A stretch of 64,000 bases of DNA from Smithellaceae bacterium (GTDB lineage Bacteria > Desulfobacterota > Syntrophia > Syntrophales > Smithellaceae), in the NCBI GenBank assembly GCA_963667845.2, contig CAXXVL010000002.1, positions 1,312,001-1,376,000 on the forward strand. The letters are read 5' to 3'. Of this stretch, positions 9,761 through 19,819 are shown piece after piece. The notes beneath the pieces are model-generated. The model saw nothing but the letters and a program-made list of their open reading frames with translations, was not told where the DNA came from and searched no databases. The translations under genes and the position numbers were made by a program. Each line of letters begins with the position of its first letter. Position 1 is the stretch's first letter.

Positions 9761-10495
9761 ATGACGGACCACGTTCGAGCAAAAACCAGGAAAGATCGCA
9801 TTATGGATGCGGCCCTGCGCATTTTCGCCGAAAAGAGTTTTCAGGAAGCGACTATCTCCGAAATCAGCAAGGAGGCCGGTGTTTCCGAAGCCACCATTTA
9901 CGAATACTTCGGCACCAAAGAAGACCTTCTGTTTGCCATTCCCGAAAAAATTTCCAATGACACGTTTGAAGAATCGGAAGCGGTTCTGCCCTATATCAAG
10001 GATGTGGAAGGCCGGATGCGCGCCGTTCTTTTGAGTTATGTCCGGCTTTATGAGAATAACCCCCACTATTCCGCGCTGGTTTTACTTCAACTCATGTCCA
10101 ACAAACGTTTCCGGCAAACTGCGGCGCATGAAGCCATCCGTCGTTCGGCGCATCGGCTGCTCGATTGCATTCGCGACGGAATTGCCAACGGAACATTCCG
10201 TTCTGATGCTGATGCTTACCTGATCCGCTCCCTGCTGATGGGCACCATTGAACACATCTTTATCCACTGGCACATGCAGGGGATGCCCAAACGTGAAAGA
10301 AGCATGATGGACATGCTCGACCCGTTTATGGAAATCGTCCTGTCCGGGATCCGCGCCAGGAAGCAGGAGGAAGGGCTCACCCTGCACTTGAAATTCGAAG
10401 ACGCCCAGGCACTGGGGCAACTTTTTCTCGATCAGGAGAAGCCGCGGCCGCAGCTAAAGACCAAAAAAAAGATAAAGAAACTTACCAATAACTAA
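9761..10495 (+). CDS. TetR/AcrR family transcriptional regulator
   Basis: N-terminal HTH ATISEISKEAGVSEATIYEYFGTKEDL. Confidence 0.95.
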   Translation: MTDHVRAKTRKDRIMDAALRIFAEKSFQEATISEISKEAGVSEATIYEYFGTKEDLLFAIPEKISNDTFEESEAVLPYIKDVEGRMRAVLLSYVRLYENNPHYSALVLLQLMSNKRFRQTAAHEAIRRSAHRLLDCIRDGIANGTFRSDADAYLIRSLLMGTIEHIFIHWHMQGMPKRERSMMDMLDPFMEIVLSGIRARKQEEGLTLHLKFEDAQALGQLFLDQEKPRPQLKTKKKIKKLTNN

Positions 10496-10527
10496 AGGAT
10501 ATACAAAGAACGAAAGGAGTAGCACAA

Positions 10528-12027
10528 ATGAGAACAAAGCAAGATTACATTAAAGGCCTGTCCAAGATGAAACGGAACCTTTATTACGATGGGCAATTGA
10601 TCGACCGTGACGACGAGCTGCAGATGGACTGTCTCAATACCATCGGCACCACCTACGATGAAGCGGCCAAACCCGAAAACCAGAATCTGTGCACGGCGAT
10701 CTCTCACCTGACCGGCGAGCGGATCAACCGCTATACGCACATCCACCAGAACACGGACGACCTGCACAAGAAACAGGACATGACCCGTATGCTCTGTCAG
10801 AAGGTCGGCGGCTGCATTCAGCGCTGCATGGGCATTGACGGCACGAACTCCATTTACAATGTTTCCTATGAGGCCGACAAGATGAATAACGGCGCCACCC
10901 AGTATCATGAGAACTTCAAGAAGTGGCTGACCCGTTTCCAGACGGAAGATTTGATCGGCTGCTGCGCCCAGACCGACACCAAGGGCGACCGGATGCTGCG
11001 TCCGGCGGACCAGCCCAATCCCGGTTCCTATGTGCGTATTAAAGAGCGGACCAAGGACGGCATTATTGTCGAAGGCTGCAAGGTTCATATTTCCGAAGCC
11101 TCCGTGGCGGACGAAGTTCTGGTAGTCCCCACCCGCGCGCTGCGTAAAGAAGACAAAGACTATGCCGTAGCTTTTGCCGTACCGGGAGACTGGGACGGCC
11201 TCAAGCAGGTGGTTACGATTCACAACCTGCGTCCCCGTGAGCATTACAAACGCGGCTTTGTTCCGGGCTCGACGGACTCCTACATGATTTTTGACAACTG
11301 TTTCGTGCCCTGGGAAAGAGTTTTCCTGGCCGGCGAATACCAGCACGGCGGCGCCTGCGCGCTGCTGTTTGCCCTGTTCCATCGCCACTCCTACTCCGGC
11401 TGCAAACCGGCCATCGGCGACATGATCCTGGGATCAGCGGCTCTCGCTGCCGAAGTGAACAACATTCACAAGGAATCGCATGTTCGCGAGAAACTGGCCG
11501 AGATCATCATGACCATTGAACTGGGCTACGCGGCCGGTTATACCGCCTCCGATCTGGGCAAGCCCGAAGTCTATATGCCCGGCGTCGGCTTTGTTCCCTA
11601 CGGACCCGGTTCCTACATTCCGCATTCCATTTACTGCAACGTCGGCCGCTGCCTGTCCGGTGAAGCAGTCTGGAGAGAAGCGGAGATCCTTTGCGACATC
11701 TCCGGCGGCGTCACGGCAACCTTCCCGCATGAGAAGGATTTTGCCAATCCGGCAACCGGCGAGGCGCTTTTGAAATACACGAAGCGCAATCCCAATATGC
11801 CGGCCGAAGATCAGGCCAACTTCTGGAGATACCTTGGTGATATGCTCTGTTCGGCTACCGGCGGCATCATGAACGTGGGCAACTACCACGGCGGCGGCTC
11901 TCCGATCATGGAGCAGATTGCCATCACGACCCAGTACGACATTGAATCCCGCAAGAAGCTGGTGAAGTATATTGCCGGCATGAGCGGCGGCGACAGGGAA
12001 GCATTGGCTCCCAAGAAAGCAAAGTAA
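10528..12027 (+). CDS. 4-hydroxybutyryl-CoA dehydratase (AbfD)/HpaB-family flavoprotein, copy 1
   Basis: GGCIQRCMG and HRHSYSGCK (Cys/His [4Fe-4S] ligand pattern of AbfD), QTDTKGDR, HGGGSP. Confidence 0.9.
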   Translation: MRTKQDYIKGLSKMKRNLYYDGQLIDRDDELQMDCLNTIGTTYDEAAKPENQNLCTAISHLTGERINRYTHIHQNTDDLHKKQDMTRMLCQKVGGCIQRCMGIDGTNSIYNVSYEADKMNNGATQYHENFKKWLTRFQTEDLIGCCAQTDTKGDRMLRPADQPNPGSYVRIKERTKDGIIVEGCKVHISEASVADEVLVVPTRALRKEDKDYAVAFAVPGDWDGLKQVVTIHNLRPREHYKRGFVPGSTDSYMIFDNCFVPWERVFLAGEYQHGGACALLFALFHRHSYSGCKPAIGDMILGSAALAAEVNNIHKESHVREKLAEIIMTIELGYAAGYTASDLGKPEVYMPGVGFVPYGPGSYIPHSIYCNVGRCLSGEAVWREAEILCDISGGVTATFPHEKDFANPATGEALLKYTKRNPNMPAEDQANFWRYLGDMLCSATGGIMNVGNYHGGGSPIMEQIAITTQYDIESRKKLVKYIAGMSGGDREALAPKKAK

Positions 12028-12040
12028 GCTTAACAAGAAG

Positions 12041-12067
12041 AAGAGGCCTGAATAGCCAGGCCTCTTT
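12041..12067 (+). terminator. Stem-loop between the two dehydratase paralogs
   Basis: AAGAGGCCTG-aatagc-CAGGCCTCTT-T. Confidence 0.6.
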
Positions 12068-12101
12068 AAGTATCGAATCTTTTAATAGAAAGGATGACGA
12101 C

Positions 12102-13604
12102 ATGAGAACAAAGCAGGATTACATTAAAGGCCTCTCCAAAATGAAACGGAACATTTATTTTGATGGGCAGCTAATCGACCGTGACGATGAATTGCAGATG
12201 GATTGTCTTAATGTTATCGGGACAACCTATGACGAAGCGGCCAAACCCGAAAACCAGGAACTGTGCACAGCCATCTCTCACCTGACCGGCGAGCGGATCA
12301 ACCGCTATACGCACATCCACCAGAACACGGACGATCTGCACAAGAAACAGGACATGACCCGCATGCTCTGCCAGAAGGTCGGCGGCTGCATTCAGCGCTG
12401 CATGGGCATCGACGGCACGAACGCCATTTACAATGTGTCCTATGAAGCGGACAAGTTAAACAACGGCGCCACCCAGTATCACGAGAATTTCAAGAAGTGG
12501 CTGACCCGTTTCCAGACGGAAGATTTGATCGGCTGCTGCGCGCAGACCGATACCAAGGGCGACCGGATGCTGCGTCCCGCGGACCAGCCCAATCCCGGTT
12601 CCTATGTGCATATTAAAGAGCGGACCAAGGACGGCATTATTGTCGAAGGCTGCAAGGTTCATATTTCCGAAGCCTCCGTGGCGGACGAAGTTCTGGTAGT
12701 CCCCACCCGCGCGCTGCGTAAAGAAGACAAAGACTTCGCCGTGGCGTTTGCCGTACCGGGCGACTGGGATGGCCTCAAGCAGGTGACGACGATTCACAAC
12801 CTGCGTCCCCGTGAGCATTACAAACGCGGCTTTATGCCGGGTGCGACCGATTCTTACATGATCTTTGAGAATTGTTTTGTTCCGTGGGAAAGAGTTTTCC
12901 TGGCCGGCGAATATCAGCACGGCGGCGCCTGCGCGCTGCTGTTTGCCCTGTTCCATCGCCACTCCTACTCCGGCTGCAAACCGGCGATCGGCGATGTCCT
13001 TCTGGGAACAGCCGCTCTGGCAGCTGAGGTGAACAACATTCACAAGGAATCGCATGTTCGCGAGAAACTGGCCGAGCTCATTATGGTCATCGAGCTGGGT
13101 TATGCCGCGGGCTACACGGCTTCGTCCCTGGGCAAGCCCGAAGTTTATATCCCCGGCGTCGGCTTTGTTCCCTACGGACCCGGTTCCTATATTCCGAATT
13201 CCATTTACTGCAACGTCGGCCGCTGCCTGTCCGGCGAGGCGGTCTTCCGCGAGGCCGAAATTCTCTGCGACATCTCCGGCGGCGTCACGGCAACCTTCCC
13301 GCATGAGAAAGATTTTGCCAATCCGGCAACCGGCGAAGCGCTCCTGAAATACACGAAGCGCAATCCCAATATGCCGGCTGAAGATCAGGCGCAGTTCTGG
13401 CGTTATCTGGGAGATCACCTGTGCTCCGCAACAGGCGGTATCATGAACGTGGGCAACTACCACGGCGGCGGCTCTCCGATCATGGAGCAGATTGCCATCA
13501 CGACCCAGTACGACATCGAATCCCGCAAGAAGCTGGTGAAGTACATTGCCGGCATGAGCGGCGGCGACCGTGAAGCACTGGCGCCCAAAAAAGCCAAAAA
13601 GTAG
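12102..13604 (+). CDS. 4-hydroxybutyryl-CoA dehydratase (AbfD)/HpaB-family flavoprotein, copy 2
   Basis: Near-identical paralog of 10528-12027 with the same motifs. Confidence 0.9.
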   Translation: MRTKQDYIKGLSKMKRNIYFDGQLIDRDDELQMDCLNVIGTTYDEAAKPENQELCTAISHLTGERINRYTHIHQNTDDLHKKQDMTRMLCQKVGGCIQRCMGIDGTNAIYNVSYEADKLNNGATQYHENFKKWLTRFQTEDLIGCCAQTDTKGDRMLRPADQPNPGSYVHIKERTKDGIIVEGCKVHISEASVADEVLVVPTRALRKEDKDFAVAFAVPGDWDGLKQVTTIHNLRPREHYKRGFMPGATDSYMIFENCFVPWERVFLAGEYQHGGACALLFALFHRHSYSGCKPAIGDVLLGTAALAAEVNNIHKESHVREKLAELIMVIELGYAAGYTASSLGKPEVYIPGVGFVPYGPGSYIPNSIYCNVGRCLSGEAVFREAEILCDISGGVTATFPHEKDFANPATGEALLKYTKRNPNMPAEDQAQFWRYLGDHLCSATGGIMNVGNYHGGGSPIMEQIAITTQYDIESRKKLVKYIAGMSGGDREALAPKKAKK

Positions 13605-13617
13605 TTATGACATCATC

Positions 13618-13656
13618 CTCAGGCGTCCCGGGATTAAACCGGGGCGCCTGAGTTTC
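13618..13656 (+). terminator. Intrinsic terminator-like hairpin
   Basis: CTCAGGCG...CGCCTGAG followed by TTTC. Confidence 0.6.
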
Positions 13657-13789
13657 ATTCTTTTACAGCTTTGAAGATTCCTGCCGGATGGCCCGGAGGA
13701 ACGACAATCTTACCTGTGTAAAAAATGTCTTGCAATTTCAGCTTAAATTGTTTTTTTCTAACATCAAAAAATATAAAGGAGTCACTGCT

Positions 13790-14605
13790 ATGTTTGATCT
13801 TTCAAAGTTCTCGTTAAAGGGAAAAGTGGCGATCGTGACGGGCGGCAGCCGCGGCATCGGCCAGGCCATTGCCTATGGTTTTGCCAAAGCCGGCGCGAAG
13901 GTCGTCATTACCAGCCGCAAGGCACAGGACCTCGAAGCGACCGCGTGCGAAATGACGGCCATCGGTTGCGAAGTTCTGGTCGTGCCGGCGCATCTGGGCA
14001 AATTTGAGGAAATCCAGCGGGTGGTGGACACGGTTGTGAAGAAGTTCGGCCGGATCGACATTCTGGTCAACAATGCCGGCGCCAGCCCCGCGATGGGCTC
14101 GGTCCTCGATTCGGATGAGCGCCTCTGGGACACCATCATGAACCTTAACCTCAAGGGTGTCTATTTCATGAGTCAGGCTGTGGGGAAGGTCATGAAGAAA
14201 CAGGGCGGCGGTAAAATCATCAATGTCGCCTCGATCGACGGCGTCAATCCCGAACCTTTTGTCAGCGTCTATTCCATATCGAAAGCCGGCGTGCGTCAGC
14301 TTTCACGCGCCTTTGCCATGGAACTGGCCGGGATGAATATCCAGGTCAACGCGATTTTACCCGGTCCGATCAGCACGAAGATGATGAATTCGCACTGGGG
14401 GCACCTGTCTCCCGAAGAGGCGAAAAAAGAAAAGGAAGCCCTGGAGAAAATGCTGCCGACCGGCCGCATCGGTGACCCGGACGATATCGCCGGCGCCGCG
14501 CTTTACCTGGCGTCAGCGGCATCCGATTATACGACAGGCGCTGAAATCATCATTGACGGCGGCCTTCTGCTCGGCACGCATTTATCAGCCGGAGCGACGA
14601 CCTGA
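13790..14605 (+). CDS. SDR family oxidoreductase (FabG/DHRS4-like)
   Basis: TGGSRGIG, NNAG, YSISK; AAGGAG RBS before ATG 13790. Confidence 0.93.
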   Translation: MFDLSKFSLKGKVAIVTGGSRGIGQAIAYGFAKAGAKVVITSRKAQDLEATACEMTAIGCEVLVVPAHLGKFEEIQRVVDTVVKKFGRIDILVNNAGASPAMGSVLDSDERLWDTIMNLNLKGVYFMSQAVGKVMKKQGGGKIINVASIDGVNPEPFVSVYSISKAGVRQLSRAFAMELAGMNIQVNAILPGPISTKMMNSHWGHLSPEEAKKEKEALEKMLPTGRIGDPDDIAGAALYLASAASDYTTGAEIIIDGGLLLGTHLSAGATT

Positions 14606-14709
14606 TCGTTCTTAAAAATTAAGCCCTGGCCGTCCTCCGCCATTGCGGAAGACGGCCAGGGTCCATTGACCACAACATTTTATCCGCCATTCAAATCAGG
14701 AGTCCTTCC

Positions 14710-16668
14710 ATGAAAACTTTGCAGCATTTGTTGTCCCCTATTAAGATCCGATCGCTGACCATTCCCAACCGGCTGGTGATGCCGCCGATGGGAACGGCTC
14801 TCGGCAATCCGGACTCGACGGTCAGCGACGCGAACCTGGCCTACATGAAGCGCCGGGCGCAAAGCGGTGTGGGTCTCGTTATTACGGAGATTACGTGCGT
14901 TCACCCGTCCGGCCTCGCGTCGCCTACGTCGCTGGGCGTCTGGGACGATAAGTTTATTCCGGGCCTGACGAAAATGGCCGACGCCATTCACGCCCAGGGC
15001 GCCAAAGCGGCTCTCCAGCTTCATCATACCGGACGGGAAAATTACGCCTTCCTCAAACAGAAGAAGGCCATCGGACCTTCGGCGATCCCCAGTTTTGTCT
15101 TTGGCTTCCTGGGAGCGCCCAGGGAGATGACGCTCGATGAAATTCATGAGATCATTGCCTCTTACGGAGCGGGCGCGAAGCGGGCCAAAGCCGCGGGTTT
15201 CGATATGATCGAACTGCACGGGGCGCACGGCTATCTGCTGATGCAGTTTTTGTCCGTGCATTCCAACCAGCGCAAAGACCAATACGGCGGCGACTTCAAA
15301 GGTCGCGCGCGCTTCATGATTGAATGCCTGCAGGCCGCGCGCAAGGAGGTCGGTTCCGATTTCCCCATCTCCATCCGGATCTCCGGCGAAGAATGCGTCA
15401 AGGGCGGCTACACCATCAGCGACATGCAGACGATCATTCCCGATCTCGTTTCGGCCGGTGCGGATATCATCGACGTGTCTTTCGGGACGCACGGTTCTGC
15501 GGACGTCAACATTGATACGCCCAATGCCAGCGCTCCCGTGGAATATGGACCGGGGTTCAAGTCGTTCCTGGCGCGCAAAGTGAAGGACGTCACCTCTGCT
15601 CCGGTCATCTCTGTCGGCCGTTACACCGACCCGTTTTTCATGGATGAGGTTATCGCGGCAGGCGATGCGGATATGATCGCCGTGGCCCGCCAGCATCTGG
15701 CCGATCCCGATTTTCTGAAAAATGCCATGGCCGGCCATCCTGAAGAAACGCTGGAATGTCTGGCCTGCAACCAGGGCTGTATCGAGCGTCTCGCTCTGGA
15801 GATGCAGCCGATCCGCTGCGCCATCAATCCGCAGACCGGACAGGAACTGCTCCGGCCGGAAGGCCCGGCAAAAAACAAGCAAACCGTATGGGTCGTGGGC
15901 GGAGGCCCTGCCGGACTCACGGCGGCATTGGAGGCCGCTCGCCTGGGACACCGGGTTACACTCTATGAACGTGAAAGCCGCACCGGCGGCAACGTGCGCT
16001 ACGCCGCGATGGCGCCGCATAAGGATGTTTATGACCGGTTTGTCCGGACGCTGACGCGGAAATGCGAAAAGCAGGGTGTGGATATCAAAACGGGCACGGA
16101 TGTCACCGAAGCCATGATCGAAAAAGGAAAGCCCGATGCCGTGATTCTGGCGATCGGTGCGGATAAAACCGCCTGCCCTGCGGAAGGCGTAAATGCTTCC
16201 GTCGTCTGCGACGCCTGGGAGGTATTGGACGGGTCCGTTAAACCGCAGGAGCCGGCTGTGGTTATCGGCGGCGGACTGGTGGGCCTGGAGACGGCTGATT
16301 ACATGAGAGAGAAAGGCATCAAGAACATTACGGTGGTCGAGATGCTGGCCAAGCCGCCCGTGCTGCCGCAGGCGGCGCACGGGCAGATGCTTTATCGCCG
16401 CCTGGCGGCGGCGGGCATCAAGCTGATGTTCGGGACCATAGTAAAGAAGATCGAAGAGAAAGCGGTGGTCATCGAAGTGAAAGGCGAAGAAAAACGGCTT
16501 GAACCGGTAGCCCAGGTGATCATTGCCATTGGCGTGACGCCCCGCAGTGCGTTCAAGGACATGCTGGCAAAGAAGGGCATCCGCCATTTTGTCGTGGGTG
16601 ACGCCGTTGCCCCCAGAAGAATTATTGAAGCGACGACGAGTGGCGCGAAGGCCGCCTGGGAGCTATAA
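14710..16668 (+). CDS. NADH:flavin oxidoreductase (Old Yellow Enzyme; 2,4-dienoyl-CoA/enoate reductase-like, Fe-S)
   Basis: HGAHGYLL, CLACNQGC...C Fe-S motif, GGGPAG and GGGLVG Rossmann motifs. Confidence 0.92.
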   Translation: MKTLQHLLSPIKIRSLTIPNRLVMPPMGTALGNPDSTVSDANLAYMKRRAQSGVGLVITEITCVHPSGLASPTSLGVWDDKFIPGLTKMADAIHAQGAKAALQLHHTGRENYAFLKQKKAIGPSAIPSFVFGFLGAPREMTLDEIHEIIASYGAGAKRAKAAGFDMIELHGAHGYLLMQFLSVHSNQRKDQYGGDFKGRARFMIECLQAARKEVGSDFPISIRISGEECVKGGYTISDMQTIIPDLVSAGADIIDVSFGTHGSADVNIDTPNASAPVEYGPGFKSFLARKVKDVTSAPVISVGRYTDPFFMDEVIAAGDADMIAVARQHLADPDFLKNAMAGHPEETLECLACNQGCIERLALEMQPIRCAINPQTGQELLRPEGPAKNKQTVWVVGGGPAGLTAALEAARLGHRVTLYERESRTGGNVRYAAMAPHKDVYDRFVRTLTRKCEKQGVDIKTGTDVTEAMIEKGKPDAVILAIGADKTACPAEGVNASVVCDAWEVLDGSVKPQEPAVVIGGGLVGLETADYMREKGIKNITVVEMLAKPPVLPQAAHGQMLYRRLAAAGIKLMFGTIVKKIEEKAVVIEVKGEEKRLEPVAQVIIAIGVTPRSAFKDMLAKKGIRHFVVGDAVAPRRIIEATTSGAKAAWEL

Positions 16669-16797
16669 AGAAAGGTACAAGGTTCAAGGTTCAAGGAAAA
16701 AAGCATAGGGAACGGTCTTGCCGCCTGCAGGGTGGTTTAAGACCGTTTCCTGTGAACCAAGATATAGGCGATACGAAATACGAGATGCGAGGTTTTT

Positions 16798-17670
16798 ATG
16801 CCGATGAATACATACAAAATCACAGTGCCTAGAGGAACATTCAATATCCGGGACCGGGGAAACAAAGACGGGTCCCCCGTGGTCATGCTGCATGGCTGGC
16901 CGGAGAGTTCCTATTGCTGGGAAGCGGTTGCCTCGTTTCTTGATCCGGCGCTGCGCGTTGTTGCGCCCGATTTGCGGGGGCTGGGGGAAAGCGAACGCAC
17001 ACTGAATAATGTGCCCGCCTATCAGAAAGCGGAATTAGCAAAAGATGTAGTCGAAATGCTCAATGCTTTGAAAATCGATTCCTTCTTCCTCGTCGGCCAT
17101 GACTGGGGCGGTATTGTCGCCCAGGAGGTCGCCCTGCTTATTCCCGACCGGGTTAAAAAATTAGCGATTATGAATATTCCCGTGATCACCAACACCAAAG
17201 GCACTGGTGACGCGATGAAAGTGATTTACAGCCGCGGCGCCGTTCCTTTCTGGTATCAGTACTTTCAGCAGATGCCGAAACTGGCGGAAGCCATGATCAA
17301 AGGAAATGAAGACGTCTGGATTCGCCATTTTTTCGGCAGGGCAGGCAAGGACGGCACCATTGCACCTGCCGCCATAGCGGAGTATGTGCGCTGCTACTGC
17401 ATCGAAAACACACCCGCCACCGGCGCGTCCTACTACCGCGCGATGCGTGAGGATGCCAAACGCTGGGCCGGCTTGGGCAGGACAAAATATCCCATGCCGG
17501 CGCTTTACATTCACGGTAATGAAGATCCTGTGATCATCGCGGAAAATTTAAACCATATCGAAGATTGTTTTAACTCCATTAGAGTAGAATCACTCCAGAC
17601 GGGGCACTTTGTTCAGGAAGAGAAACCCCGGGAAGTCGCCCAGCTGCTGAATGATTTTTTCAAAGAATAA
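16798..17670 (+). CDS. Alpha/beta hydrolase, epoxide hydrolase/haloacetate dehalogenase-like
   Basis: HGWP, PDLRG, GHDWGG Asp nucleophile, lid tyrosines WYQY and SYYR. Confidence 0.88.
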   Translation: MPMNTYKITVPRGTFNIRDRGNKDGSPVVMLHGWPESSYCWEAVASFLDPALRVVAPDLRGLGESERTLNNVPAYQKAELAKDVVEMLNALKIDSFFLVGHDWGGIVAQEVALLIPDRVKKLAIMNIPVITNTKGTGDAMKVIYSRGAVPFWYQYFQQMPKLAEAMIKGNEDVWIRHFFGRAGKDGTIAPAAIAEYVRCYCIENTPATGASYYRAMREDAKRWAGLGRTKYPMPALYIHGNEDPVIIAENLNHIEDCFNSIRVESLQTGHFVQEEKPREVAQLLNDFFKE

Positions 17671-17772
17671 TTGTTTTAAGTTTTACGTTTTAGGTTTTAC
17701 GTAAAAAAACATTGATGGCGCGAAGCGCTTCCAAAATACTTAAAACATATTACATTTACCAAGGAGACCGAA

Positions 17773-18630
17773 ATGCATTTACGCGAACGCTACATTGAGA
17801 CCAACGGAATCAAATTACACGTCATGGAAGCCGGGCCCCAGGAAGGCCCGATGATTTTGTTTCTCCATGGGTTTCCGGAATTTTGGTACGCCTGGCGCAA
17901 ACAGCTGCAATACTTTGCCGACAAAGGATACCTGGTTGTCGCGCCCGATCAGCGCGGCTACAACTTGAGCGACAAACCGCAGGGCGTCGCCGCCTACAAG
18001 ATTGATGAGCTGGCCAAGGACATTATCGGCCTCATCGACGCCTATGGCCGCAAGCAGATTTTCCTGGTCGGCCACGACTGGGGCGCGTCGGTTTCCTGGT
18101 GGGTCGCGCTCAAATACCCCGAACGCATCAGGAAACTGGTCATTCTCAATGTGCCGCATCCCAAGGTTATGGCCAAGCATGTTTTCACCGATGTGGAGCA
18201 GATGAAGAAAAGCTGGTACATTTTCTATTTCCAAATTCCGGGCGCGGTCGAGCATCTGGCGGCTTCGACGAACTATGAATGGGTGCTGCAGATGATCACC
18301 ACCTCGGCCAATCCGGGCGCTTTCACCCCCGCCGAGCTCGAAGATTACCTCAAAGCGTTTGCCATGCCCGGCGCCTTTTCGGCGATGGTCAACTGGTACC
18401 GCGCGATGGTTCAGACGAAGCAGGAGCCGCCGAAGAGTTTTGAAGTCACCATGCCGATGATTTTGATGTGGGGCGATCAGGATGTGGCGATGCTGACGCA
18501 ACTGGCCGATGAAAGCATGGCCTACTGCAAAGAGGGCTGTCTCATTAAATTTCCCGGCACCTCGCACTGGATTCAGCACGAGCAGGCCCAGAAGATCAAT
18601 CCGCTGATTGAAGATTTCTTCAAGCAGTGA
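17773..18630 (+). CDS. Epoxide hydrolase-like alpha/beta hydrolase
   Basis: HGFPEFWYAW, PDQRGY, GHDWG, SWY, NWYR. Confidence 0.9.
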   Translation: MHLRERYIETNGIKLHVMEAGPQEGPMILFLHGFPEFWYAWRKQLQYFADKGYLVVAPDQRGYNLSDKPQGVAAYKIDELAKDIIGLIDAYGRKQIFLVGHDWGASVSWWVALKYPERIRKLVILNVPHPKVMAKHVFTDVEQMKKSWYIFYFQIPGAVEHLAASTNYEWVLQMITTSANPGAFTPAELEDYLKAFAMPGAFSAMVNWYRAMVQTKQEPPKSFEVTMPMILMWGDQDVAMLTQLADESMAYCKEGCLIKFPGTSHWIQHEQAQKINPLIEDFFKQ

Positions 18631-18689
18631 TTCCATGTCCGCTGGCTGCAGGCAATCGCCGCGTTTGCATCAGTAAAGTGAAATGCTTT

Positions 18690-19193
18690 ATGAAAGAAAC
18701 CTATCGCATCAACCGCAGGCTCAAACCCGGACAATACCGGCTCACGGATGTTTTTCCGGATATCCGGACGTATGATATTTTGTCTACCATCTTTGCCGAC
18801 GCGAAAGAAATCTCCGACGTGATGGCGAACATCAAGGTGACCGTCGTGGACGAGCCCAATGAGATGTTCGTCAATAACGACGACGGCGCCATTACCATCG
18901 GCCTCACGCATCTGGATTCCTCGTCCGACGAAGTCCTATATCTGGATATCGTTCACGAGCTATGCCATGTGAAGCAGCATTTTCAAGGACGGGATCTTTA
19001 CGATGGGAGAACGGCCTACGTTGATCGGGAAACTGAAATCGAGGCTTACCAGATTACCGTTCGGGAGGCTCGCCGCATCGGCCTCAGCGATGATGCCATT
19101 TTCGATTATCTCCGGGTGCCATGGATAACGCCCGAGGAACATAAGCGGCTTGCCCGCCGGCTCAGTGTCATCACCGGTATTGAGAGAAAATGA
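18690..19193 (+). CDS. Hypothetical zinc-metallopeptidase-like protein
   Basis: HELCH (HExxH) with downstream EIEAY. Confidence 0.65.
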   Translation: MKETYRINRRLKPGQYRLTDVFPDIRTYDILSTIFADAKEISDVMANIKVTVVDEPNEMFVNNDDGAITIGLTHLDSSSDEVLYLDIVHELCHVKQHFQGRDLYDGRTAYVDRETEIEAYQITVREARRIGLSDDAIFDYLRVPWITPEEHKRLARRLSVITGIERK

Positions 19194-19320
19194 TTTACCA
19201 TGACGAATAAATAAAAGCAGTTGCCGGTCAATCTGGGGCTTTCGGTGCATCTCCAACCTCTTGCCCATTGGGTCCCCGGCGCTGCCGTAACGTCCCCTTT
19301 TTTGAAGTTTGTTTCACCGA

Positions 19321-19352
19321 AACGGCTGTCAACAATATTGTTGACAGCCGTT
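19321..19352. promoter_or_regulatory. Perfect 32-bp palindrome containing TTGACA on both strands
   Basis: AACGGCTGTCAACAAT-ATTGTTGACAGCCGTT. Confidence 0.6.
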
Positions 19353-19504
19353 GTTCGTTTATGGTTTTATTCACACCGATCCTATCCTTATCTGAGCTGT
19401 CGTTTCAAAGAGGTATCGGGGGCGACCGGATGATCCAATCCCAAACACGCAAACCATTATTTCAATGTCCATTGAATCGAGGCTAAAAGCCATGGAGGTG
19501 TTCT

Positions 19505-19747
19505 ATGACGGTACAGGCAATCAAGATCGTTCTTCTGGGGTGCGTCGTTATTAATTATGCGGTTCTCATCACTTGGTTTGCCGCCTTTGTCCTTGCTCAT
19601 GACTGGATCTACGGCATGCATCTGCGATGGTTCAGTCTCTCCGCCGAGACCTTTGACGCCATTCATTACGCCGGCCTTGCGGTCTATAAGATCGGCATCC
19701 TTTTGTTCTTGCTGATACCGCTTATTGCAATCACTGTGGCCCTGTGA
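19505..19747 (+). CDS. Small membrane protein (DUF6868-like)
   Basis: 80 aa, two hydrophobic segments, HDWIY...WF...FDAIHY...YK; GGAGG RBS. Confidence 0.75.
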   Translation: MTVQAIKIVLLGCVVINYAVLITWFAAFVLAHDWIYGMHLRWFSLSAETFDAIHYAGLAVYKIGILLFLLIPLIAITVAL

Positions 19748-19819
19748 GAAGAAGGGGAATGATTATTGGGGTGACCAGTACAGCTGTACGCAGGATCTGA
19801 AGAATGAAAGGATTACACC

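Noticed and set aside
10492..13463. Long minus-strand ORFs (298, 200 and 335 aa)
   Set aside because: Antisense shadows of the dehydratase genes
14680..16587. 635-aa ORF on the minus strand
   Set aside because: Antisense shadow of the flavin oxidoreductase; no recognisable motifs
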